DNA of 33,002 bases from Actinomycetota bacterium (lineage in GTDB: Bacteria > Actinomycetota > Humimicrobiia > Humimicrobiales > Humimicrobiaceae). The position numbers were made by a program, and so were the translations under genes. This document shows positions 19,350-27,112 of this stretch, piece after piece. Positions within the stretch are counted from its first letter, which is position 1. Each line of letters starts with the position of its first letter. A model generated the notes under the pieces. That model was not told the DNA's origin, ran no database searches, and saw only the letters and a list, made by a program, of their open reading frames with translations. The stretch spans positions 1 to 33,002 of the forward strand of contig JAQVJB010000004.1 in the NCBI GenBank assembly GCA_028695395.1, in the 5' to 3' direction.

Positions 19350-19368
19350 GCCCTGCTAAACACAGGGC
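19350..19368 (-). promoter_or_regulatory. GC-rich stem-loop in the rpsF 5' leader
   Basis: GCCCTG / CAGGGC 6-bp stem with a 7-nt loop. It is the only GC-rich element in an otherwise AT-rich leader. It is followed by an AU hairpin CUAAUAA-AUAA-UUAUUAG just before the SD. Confidence 0.35.
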
Positions 19369-19434
19369 AAAAGGTATCATTGCTTTTTATTAAGTTTTTC
19401 AAACCTAAACTAAACAATAAAATACCGAATGACG

Positions 19435-19463
19435 ATATTATAACATTTATTTGATAATGACAA
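19435..19463 (-). promoter_or_regulatory. Candidate promoter of the rpsF-ssb-rpsR operon
   Basis: The minus strand reads TTGTCA (19463-19458), a 17-nt spacer, then TAATAT (19440-19435). It would give a leader of about 115-120 nt. Confidence 0.5.
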
Positions 19464-19489
19464 CATCTTTATGCTATTAATAAATTATT

Positions 19490-20167
19490 TTAATCCTCTT
19501 TTTCCCTAATTGCTGCATACTTCTTAATCACATTATCAGAATTATCGCTATAATATTTATAAAGATGACCGGTAAAGTTTATCTGGGATATATAAGTAAA
19601 ATTTTTGTCAAGATAAACAATGTTTATGGCTCCATGGCTCTGGATTATAGAGCTCCATTTCTCAGGTGGTATTTTTAACCAGTAAACAAGTAATGAGACA
19701 ATCAGCCCGCCATGGGAGATAATGAGTATGTTTGAATTATCAGGATTTTCCTCGAATATCCTTCTTAATTCACCAAGAGCTCTTTTTGTAAGAGCTATAA
19801 AACTTTCTCCATCTGTAGGAGGGTTGCTATATGGATCTTTTAGCCAGTTCTGGTAATCATAATTATATCTTTCATTTATTTCGTCAAATTTTAGGCCTTC
19901 CCATTTCCCAAAATTTATTTCTTTTAGATTTTCTCTTATTACATAGCCTTTTTTCAAAACTTTTTTAAAAGCCTCAGCCGTCTCAACAGCTCTTCCCAGA
20001 GGACTGGAATATATGCCGGAAAACTTTACCTTTGAAAGATATAAAGCAGAAAGCTTTGCCTGCTGAACTCCTTCAGAAGTAAGATTTGTATTTGTGACTC
20101 CCTGATATCTTCCTTCGATATTCCATTTAGTTTTACCGTGTCTTACAAGAAATAATTTAAATCCCAT
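19490..20167 (-). CDS. Histidine phosphatase family protein (phosphoglycerate mutase/CobC-like)
   Basis: 225 aa. LVRHGKTKWN catalytic RHG motif, SSPLGRAVETA, and the second catalytic His in ISHGG. Confidence 0.85.
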   Translation of the reverse strand: MGFKLFLVRHGKTKWNIEGRYQGVTNTNLTSEGVQQAKLSALYLSKVKFSGIYSSPLGRAVETAEAFKKVLKKGYVIRENLKEINFGKWEGLKFDEINERYNYDYQNWLKDPYSNPPTDGESFIALTKRALGELRRIFEENPDNSNILIISHGGLIVSLLVYWLKIPPEKWSSIIQSHGAINIVYLDKNFTYISQINFTGHLYKYYSDNSDNVIKKYAAIREKED

Positions 20168-20381
20168 TTTTTCTCCAAAAATATTTACTTATAAATTAAT
20201 TTATTAATTCCATATTGATAAATTTAAATTTTTTGAAACTTAAAATCAATATAAACATCTAAAATTATTGACTGATTGAAAAAAATCATACATATTCTTA
20301 GAAATGATAATTGAAGTTCTATACAAAAAATTAATTTTATTTTAATATCTTAAGGTTTTACTTAATGCTTTTTTATTTATA

Positions 20382-21548
20382 TTGATAACAAATATTAAAT
20401 TAACAATGGAAATAAAAATAGAAGAGTCGTTTGCAGATTCAATAAAAAGCAGTGCTTCATTAAACACAGGTAGAGGCATGGTTGCTTATACATGCAGCTA
20501 TATACCTGAGGAACTAATAGCGGCAGCGAACCTGATACCTTACAGAGTCTATGGAAACAAAGAAAGCAACCTTGCTGATAAATATTTTCCCATAAACTTC
20601 TGTCCTTATGTAAAAGCTGTTTGGGAGGAAATACATCATAATACCATATTAGATGCAATTATTCTTGCTACTTCCTGCGATGGCATAAGAAGGTTAAATG
20701 ACTATATATCTTACTATGAAAAAGAACTTCCTGTTTTTATGCTGGACATACCCCGTAAGTCAGATAAAGACTCCTTAGGATTTTTTGCACATAATCTTAA
20801 AAATCTATGGATTTTCTTATGCGGAATCAGTAATGTAGATCCAGGAAACACTGATATCATAAAAGCCTCTTCTTCAATAATTAATAGAAAAAGGACACTT
20901 TTAAAAGAACTTACTAAACATTATGAAGCTGATATGCATCAAATCATTAAAAACGATGATTACTTCAATATAATAAATATTTCTCTTAGCTCTGAAACAG
21001 ATACTTTTAATAATGAGCTGGAGTCATATATTAAAAAAATAAAATCTCTTAAAGAAAATTATGATACCGTGCATAATGATTTTAAAAGCAATCTTAAGAT
21101 AATGATAATAGGAAATTATATAAATGATAATAACTTCTGGTCCATTTTTGAAAACTTGAATGTAAAGTTGATTTCCAGTGATATTTGCATAACATACAGA
21201 TATTTTGATATAGGCCTAGAAAAAAACTATGAAGCACCTGGCCTGGAAAACGATATTTTTACAGATATTGCTAATTCTTTTATTTCAAAACCTGCCTGTT
21301 TCAGAATGGCAGACATAAAAAGTAAATTAAATGATATAAAGGCACAGATTTATGAAAATAATATAAATGGAGTAATTTTTGCAAGCCTTAAATTTTGCGA
21401 CAATACTCTTTATTCTTTTCCTGCTTTAAAGAATGAATTAAATAAGATGAAAATACCTTCTATTTTTCTGGACATAGAATACGGAAAATCGTCATATGGT
21501 CAGTTAAAGACAAGAATAGAAGCTTTTATTGAAATGCTTAACTTGTGA
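20382..21548 (+). CDS. 2-hydroxyacyl-CoA dehydratase / benzoyl-CoA reductase family subunit (HGD-D domain), Cys-complete subunit
   Basis: 388 aa. Family-typical Cys contexts AYTCSYIPEELIAAANLIPYR, FCPYVKA, TSCDGIRR, LKFCDNTLYSF. The track start is TTG at 20382, and ATG at 20406 (MEIKIEE) is an equally plausible start. No clear SD precedes either. Confidence 0.8.
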   Translation: MITNIKLTMEIKIEESFADSIKSSASLNTGRGMVAYTCSYIPEELIAAANLIPYRVYGNKESNLADKYFPINFCPYVKAVWEEIHHNTILDAIILATSCDGIRRLNDYISYYEKELPVFMLDIPRKSDKDSLGFFAHNLKNLWIFLCGISNVDPGNTDIIKASSSIINRKRTLLKELTKHYEADMHQIIKNDDYFNIINISLSSETDTFNNELESYIKKIKSLKENYDTVHNDFKSNLKIMIIGNYINDNNFWSIFENLNVKLISSDICITYRYFDIGLEKNYEAPGLENDIFTDIANSFISKPACFRMADIKSKLNDIKAQIYENNINGVIFASLKFCDNTLYSFPALKNELNKMKIPSIFLDIEYGKSSYGQLKTRIEAFIEMLNL

Positions 21549-21609
21549 TAACTTTAATTAATTGAATTAAAATTTACTGTTTTTTATAAATATAATTGAA
21601 AGATAATTA

Positions 21610-22887
21610 ATGGGCATCGTTTCAATCAAAGAAAAAATAATAGATAGCATTCAAAATAATCTGGATATAAAAAGTGTTAGGAAAATACTGAAACTGATTT
21701 CAAATCCAATTGTTTTCTTTTTGTATGGTCTTTCTTTTAAATCTGTATCGGATAAATATCTCAATAAATACAGTCTTTCGTATATGAGGGAGGTTTATTG
21801 CGGTAATCATCCTATAGCCTACGGCTCTCTTTTTATACCTTATGAGATACTTAATAGCTTAAATCTTAAACTTATACTGCCTGAAGTTATGGGTGGGTTT
21901 ACTGCCGGCTTAGGGGTAACAGACAAGACTCTTTCAAATGCAGCGAATAACTGGTATTCTGCAGATCTGTGCACATTTCACCGAAGTGCTTCCGGAGCAG
22001 CCAATATGAGTCTTTTCCCAAAACCCGATTTTATTATCTGCAGCAATCTTGCTTGTGACGCTGCCTGCAAATCTTTTGAAGATATGGCAAAAAAATTCGA
22101 AATCGAGGACAGGTTTTATTTAATAGATATTCCTTATGAAAATGACGAGATTTCGCTCAAATATCTTGCAGTTCAGCTGGAAAATATTTATTTTGACATA
22201 TCGGACAAATTAAAAATAAAACCAGATATAAATAATTTAAAAAAAGCTCTGATTAATTCAAATAAATTAAGAAGTCATTTGCTTGAAGTGAATAAAATAC
22301 GTGAGGAATTATTTGATTATCCCCAATATTATAACGGACTAAGCTATATACTTCCGCTTTTTGGCCTTTCCGGAACAAGCAAAGCAGCTGAGCTTTACAG
22401 GATAATGGAAAAAGAACTAAAAGCTAAATTAAGAAAACAAATTCAGCCTGGAAAAATGAAAAAGATTTTGTGGATGCACCTGAAACCTTACTACAGAAAC
22501 GAAATATTTAATATCCTTGAAGAAAATGGCTGCAGGGTAGTTTGTGAGGAGATAACTGACGTGTTCTGGGAAGAGATGGATCCTGAAAAGCCATTTATCA
22601 GCCTTGCCTCTAAGATGATCTCAAATCCTCTCAGAGGAAACGGGCAAAACAGAATAAATACTATTCTTTCAATGGCAGAAAAATATAAAGTGGATGGTGC
22701 AATATTATTTTCCCATTGGGGCTGCAGGCAAAGCAACGGGCTTGCTAGGATACTTAAAGACAGGCTCGCAGAAATAAAAATACCCTTACTGATTTTAGAC
22801 GGGGACTGTGTTGATAAAAACAATTGTCCTTCAGGACAGATAAAGACTCGCATTGAAGGTTTTACCGAAATAATAAATTCGCTTTAA
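21610..22887 (+). CDS. 2-hydroxyacyl-CoA dehydratase / benzoyl-CoA reductase family subunit (HGD-D domain), partner subunit
   Basis: 425 aa. Paralogous pattern YGSLFIPYEILNSL (first Cys position not conserved), DLCTFHRSASG, NLACDAACKSF, HWGCRQSNGLARIL. Adjacent to the first subunit, as in heterodimeric HgdAB-type enzymes. Confidence 0.78.
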   Translation: MGIVSIKEKIIDSIQNNLDIKSVRKILKLISNPIVFFLYGLSFKSVSDKYLNKYSLSYMREVYCGNHPIAYGSLFIPYEILNSLNLKLILPEVMGGFTAGLGVTDKTLSNAANNWYSADLCTFHRSASGAANMSLFPKPDFIICSNLACDAACKSFEDMAKKFEIEDRFYLIDIPYENDEISLKYLAVQLENIYFDISDKLKIKPDINNLKKALINSNKLRSHLLEVNKIREELFDYPQYYNGLSYILPLFGLSGTSKAAELYRIMEKELKAKLRKQIQPGKMKKILWMHLKPYYRNEIFNILEENGCRVVCEEITDVFWEEMDPEKPFISLASKMISNPLRGNGQNRINTILSMAEKYKVDGAILFSHWGCRQSNGLARILKDRLAEIKIPLLILDGDCVDKNNCPSGQIKTRIEGFTEIINSL

Positions 22888-22975
22888 AAACTGAAAATTT
22901 GTAAAACGCCTGTTCAGGTTATTAATAAAAATATATATTTGCTTTATTTTAAAAAATATAAAAAATATTCCCGGA

Positions 22976-23770
22976 GTGATTTATATGTATAGCTGTGGCA
23001 TTGATATCGGTTCAGTTTCTACTGAAGCCATCATATTAAAAAAAGATGATAATGATAATTTTGATATTTGTTCTTATGTGATAGGAAGGACAGGGTCAGA
23101 TATAAAAACTGCATCAGAGAATATTTTTAATGATGCTCTTTTAAAGGCTAAAATAAAAAAAGAAGATATCAAAACCATAATTGCCACTGGATATGGAAGA
23201 AAAAATGTAAGTTTCGCTAACAAAAATATCACTGAGATAACATGCCATGCAAGCGGTGTTCTCTCTGTTTTTCCCGACGTAAAGACAATCATCGATATCG
23301 GAGGCCAGGATTCAAAAGTAATCAAGATAGATAAGCTGACAAAAAAGCCTATTGATTTTTTAATGAATGATAAATGTGCAGCAGGCACTGGCAGATTTCT
23401 CGAAGTAATGGCAAAAGCGCTTGATATCGAACTTGAAAATTTCGGAAAAATCTTCTTCAATACAAATGAAAAGATAGAAATAACTTCTACCTGTACCGTA
23501 TTTGCAGAATCTGAGATAGTTTCTCTTATAGGTCATGGGGTCGACAAAGGTAAAATAGTCAAAGGATTACTTTATTCTGTTGCTGACAGGATAATATCGA
23601 TGATATCTAGACTGGGTCTTGAAGAACCTGTATCACTTACTGGAGGAGTAGCCAAGAATTCCGGCATAGTGGGAGCACTGGAGGAAAAGCTGAAAACAAA
23701 GCTACTTATACCTTTTGAGCCACAGGTCACTGGAGCTTTGGGAGCTGCTGCCCTTGCTTTAAAGATTTAA
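22976..23770 (+). CDS. ATP-dependent activase (HgdC/BcrAD_BadFG family, CoA-substrate-specific enzyme activase)
   Basis: 264 aa. ASKHA fold start CGIDIGSVSTE, DIGGQDSK, cluster-bridging Cys contexts NDKCAAGTGRFLE and STCTVFAESE, GGVAKN. The likely real start is ATG at 22985 (MYSCGIDIGS), with GGAG 8 nt upstream. Confidence 0.88.
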   Translation: MIYMYSCGIDIGSVSTEAIILKKDDNDNFDICSYVIGRTGSDIKTASENIFNDALLKAKIKKEDIKTIIATGYGRKNVSFANKNITEITCHASGVLSVFPDVKTIIDIGGQDSKVIKIDKLTKKPIDFLMNDKCAAGTGRFLEVMAKALDIELENFGKIFFNTNEKIEITSTCTVFAESEIVSLIGHGVDKGKIVKGLLYSVADRIISMISRLGLEEPVSLTGGVAKNSGIVGALEEKLKTKLLIPFEPQVTGALGAAALALKI

Positions 23771-26399
23771 TCATTAAAATGGCTTTTTTGATTTCATCTT
23801 CCCTGTTCTTTATTTTGCCATCAAGCTTCATTTTTAATATATCATCAAGTAAAAGACCTACACTTCTTGAAGGAGTACACCCCATTTTTATAAGTTCGTT
23901 TCCATCAATACTTAATTTCTGGTCTTTTAAATCAGAAATATATTTGTAAATTCTTTTCTTTACTATCCCTTTAAAAGTAGCGGCAAAAGCTAGGAGTTCA
24001 GGTGGTACGGATTTTAAAATATCATATATTTCCGAATTAGATAAAAATTTACCTTTTAATTTTTCTATCACATCTTTCTGTTTTTCTATAAGGCTCATTA
24101 TAAGAAAAGCATCTTTTTTCTTTATCTTCATTTCCAAACACCAGGATTGCACTTCACTCCTGTTCTTATCCTGCATCAAAAAACCAAAAATAATCCGCCA
24201 CTGTTTCATATCATCTTCATAAAAATCTTTAATGATATTGTACTGCCCAATGATTTCCTTAAGTTCTTTCTGAAATTTTAAATCAATCCGGGTATTAATC
24301 TTTATTTTTTTTAGTGCATTGTAATCAAAAAGCCTTTTTAAAGGCTTCCATGGTTCTTTCTCTTCAACAATAGCAATAAGTTCGTCTCTTATCCTGACAC
24401 CCGTAAGTCTTGTTATTATATTATTTTCTATAGCATGTTTTATAAGATATTCCGTCTGATTGTCTATCTTAAATCCAAAACGCTGTTCGAATCTTACTGC
24501 CCTGAAAATTCTTGTAGGATCTTCTATGAAACTTAATTTGTGCATAACTTTTATTTTTTTCTTTTTTATATCCCTCAAGCCACCGAAATAATCTATTAAA
24601 GCGCCTATGTTTTCTTTATTTAAAGAAACTGCCATTGAATTTATCGTAAAGTCTCTCCTGTATAGATCCTGTCTTATTGACCCTTCTTCTATATCCGGAA
24701 GTGCTGCCGGCTTTTCATAATATTCGATACGCGCAGTTGCAATATCTATGTGGCTCTTGTTATCAAGAACTATTACGCTTGTTTTAAATTTTTTATGCGT
24801 CCATATTTTTGCGTTTAATTTTTGTGCAAGTTTATTTGAAAAAGAAATTCCATCTCTCTCAACAACGATATCGATGTCAATATTTGGTTTATTCAATATG
24901 ATATCCCTGACCATTCCACCGACCAGGAAGACTTTATTCTTATCTTCTTTGGCAAGGGCAGATATGCGAAGAAGCAGCTTTACTATATCCCTGGAGAAAA
25001 GAATGTTTATTCTTTTCATTAGGTTAATATCGAAAAAATTACTTTCACCCTCAAATTTATCATAAGATTTTTCTATATATTTATTTTTTATTATTTTGTT
25101 TTCTTTATCATTATAATTTAAAAATCTTATTATATCTTTTCTTGTGACGATGCCGATTATTTTCTTTCTTGAAACTATCGGTATTCTTCCGATACCGTTT
25201 TCAATCATCAGCCTTTGGATGGCTTCAATAGTTGTATTGGGCCCAGCGGTTATGACATCACCTGATCTGAAGCCTTTTACAGGAGCATGGGAAAGACCGT
25301 GTTTTGCTGCCTTGTCGAGATCTTTTCTTGTAATGATGCCTGTCAAAATACCATCATTATCTACAATAGGTATACCTGTATGCCCATACTTTTTAAGTAT
25401 GTCGCTTGAATATGAAATACTTTCATTCTCATTAATTACCCTGACGGGATAAGTCATTACATTTTTTGCAAGAATAGGTTTTTTTATTTTTTTTCTTAAT
25501 GTATCTATAAGTATTTTCTCAATATTTTCAAACTCAATATCCTTTATTACTGCTGAAGCTGCAAGCTTGTGCCCTCCTCCTTTAAAAACTGCCAGGATAC
25601 CGGATACATCTGTATCGGCATCATCGCTCCTGCCTACCAAATATATTTTATCTTTCATTTTTGCCCAGCAAAATACTATTTTCTTTTCTTCAATCATGCT
25701 AAGTTTTCTTGTAAGCACTGAAAGGCCTTCTATATAGGTATTGCTTTTACTTTTTGAAATAAGTATTTCTTTTTCATTTATTTTTACTGTCCGTGCATTC
25801 AGGATGAGCTTTTCCAAAAGGTCATGCTGTTTTTTATTTAATGGAAGATTTAAGAATTTTGAAATAACATAGATATTAGCATTTTGTTTCAGCAAAAAAG
25901 ACACAGCATCCATATCCTCATAAGTTGTATTAAGATAAGTAAAATTACCAGTATCCTCGTATATCCCTAATGCAAATAGTGTTGCTTCAAACTGGGAAAC
26001 AGGAAGATTCTTTTCTATTATCTTCCGGACTATTATTGTTGTTGTCGAACCTACATCACAATAATAATTTTTTGTAAAAGAAATATCTTCCTTTGTTTTT
26101 TTATGGTGGTCTATGCTTATCTTTTCAATATTTTTTTTATTTATTATATCCTGAACAGGGCCAAGTCTTGCAGCTATGCGTGTATCTATTACTATTATTC
26201 TTGTTACCTTATCTAGATTGATATCTGATATTTCTTTCATCAAAGGAAGCTTCTCTTCGTGAAGTAGTATAAATTCCCTTACGTTCTGGTTTATTGACGA
26301 AGGTATTATGATTTCAGCTTCAGGATATAATTTTTTGGCAGCTACCATCCCCGAAAAAGAGTCAAAATCAGAAGCCAAGTGGGTTACGATGATTTCCAT
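23727..26399 (-). CDS. DHH-DHHA1-CBS-CBS-class II tRNA nucleotidyltransferase/poly(A) polymerase fusion protein
   Basis: 890 aa.
- DHH motifs: HLASDFD, VIDT, SIDHHKK.
- DHHA1 motif: GGGH.
- Two CBS repeats: ..GIPIVDNDGILTGIITRKD.. and ..GRIPIVSRKKIIGIVTRKD..
- Nucleotidyltransferase head: LVGGMVRD..NIDIDIVV, RRDFTINSMA, EDPTRIFRAVRFE.
No recognisable SD upstream. Confidence 0.88.
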   Translation of the reverse strand: MEIIVTHLASDFDSFSGMVAAKKLYPEAEIIIPSSINQNVREFILLHEEKLPLMKEISDINLDKVTRIIVIDTRIAARLGPVQDIINKKNIEKISIDHHKKTKEDISFTKNYYCDVGSTTTIIVRKIIEKNLPVSQFEATLFALGIYEDTGNFTYLNTTYEDMDAVSFLLKQNANIYVISKFLNLPLNKKQHDLLEKLILNARTVKINEKEILISKSKSNTYIEGLSVLTRKLSMIEEKKIVFCWAKMKDKIYLVGRSDDADTDVSGILAVFKGGGHKLAASAVIKDIEFENIEKILIDTLRKKIKKPILAKNVMTYPVRVINENESISYSSDILKKYGHTGIPIVDNDGILTGIITRKDLDKAAKHGLSHAPVKGFRSGDVITAGPNTTIEAIQRLMIENGIGRIPIVSRKKIIGIVTRKDIIRFLNYNDKENKIIKNKYIEKSYDKFEGESNFFDINLMKRINILFSRDIVKLLLRISALAKEDKNKVFLVGGMVRDIILNKPNIDIDIVVERDGISFSNKLAQKLNAKIWTHKKFKTSVIVLDNKSHIDIATARIEYYEKPAALPDIEEGSIRQDLYRRDFTINSMAVSLNKENIGALIDYFGGLRDIKKKKIKVMHKLSFIEDPTRIFRAVRFEQRFGFKIDNQTEYLIKHAIENNIITRLTGVRIRDELIAIVEEKEPWKPLKRLFDYNALKKIKINTRIDLKFQKELKEIIGQYNIIKDFYEDDMKQWRIIFGFLMQDKNRSEVQSWCLEMKIKKKDAFLIMSLIEKQKDVIEKLKGKFLSNSEIYDILKSVPPELLAFAATFKGIVKKRIYKYISDLKDQKLSIDGNELIKMGCTPSRSVGLLLDDILKMKLDGKIKNREDEIKKAILMIKSLKQGQQLPKLQ

Positions 26400-26435
26400 T
26401 TTGTTTTTAATTTTTTATCTTAAAGAGAAATCTCA

Positions 26436-26465
26436 ATTGATATATTAATGACTCAATATATCAAT
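26436..26465. repeat. 11-bp AT-only inverted repeat between the nitroreductase and DHH-CBS-nucleotidyltransferase genes
   Basis: ATTGATATATT (26436-26446) and AATATATCAAT (26455-26465), separated by 8 nt. Confidence 0.55.
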
Positions 26466-26483
26466 CATGCTTAAAAATAATGA

Positions 26484-27011
26484 CTAAAATACATTAAAAG
26501 AGACAATCTCCTCTTTTTCTTTTCTTGGCTTGTCTCTACCTGTATCATTAGGATAACCTATAGGCGTCAAAGCAACAACTCTGACTTTGTCAGGAACTTT
26601 TAATATCTTTTTTACTTCTTCTTCAAAAAAAGCTCCAATCCAGCATGTACCCAGGCCTTGTTCTGCCGCAGCTAAAACCAAATGTTCAAATGCAATACCT
26701 ATGTCAACAGGATAGCTGTTCAAATATCCTCCCATTGTTCCATAAGCCTCTTCTTCAAACGCACAAACAGCAATAATTAAAGGAGCTTCTGAAATGAAAA
26801 CCTGGTTCTTGCATGCAGGTACCAGTTTTTTTATTGTTTCTTTATCATCTATGATTATAAGTTTCCATGGCTGAAGATTTTTTGCTGAAGGCGCCAGTCT
26901 GAAAGCTTCAATTAAGTAATCCAGTTTTTCTTTTTCAACTTTTTTATCCAGATAACCTCTGATACTTTTTCTTTTTGATATTACTTCAAGAAGATTGTCG
27001 CAATTCTTCAT
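26484..27011 (-). CDS. Nitroreductase family protein (FMN-dependent)
   Basis: 175 aa. RKSIRGY.., APSAKNLQPWK.., GLGTCWIG motifs of the nitroreductase fold. AAGGGAG SD upstream. Confidence 0.85.
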   Translation of the reverse strand: MKNCDNLLEVISKRKSIRGYLDKKVEKEKLDYLIEAFRLAPSAKNLQPWKLIIIDDKETIKKLVPACKNQVFISEAPLIIAVCAFEEEAYGTMGGYLNSYPVDIGIAFEHLVLAAAEQGLGTCWIGAFFEEEVKKILKVPDKVRVVALTPIGYPNDTGRDKPRKEKEEIVSFNVF

Positions 27012-27071
27012 AAATTATCTCCCTTAGTCTTATTAATAACTTAAAATTAACATTAGATAAACTTTATAAGG

Positions 27072-27080
27072 ATTATAGCA
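27072..27080 (-). promoter_or_regulatory. Extended -10 element (TGCTATAAT) upstream of the nitroreductase gene
   Basis: Same ATGCTATAATC 11-mer as upstream of mcsA. It lies about 60 nt upstream of the ATG at 27011. Confidence 0.35.
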
Positions 27081-27112
27081 TAATAGATAAAAAGTGATGA
27101 AAAAAGATAGTA

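Noticed and set aside
20304-20345. 13-codon mini-ORF (MIIEVLYKKLILF) in the spacer upstream of the dehydratase module, a possible leader peptide
   Set aside because: No SD, no associated attenuator structure, and such short ORFs are expected by chance.
22491-23460. Minus-strand ORFs of 120 aa and 128 aa inside the second HGD-D subunit and the activase
   Set aside because: Shadow ORFs with hydrophobic, low-complexity composition and no SD. The sense-strand proteins carry clear family motifs.
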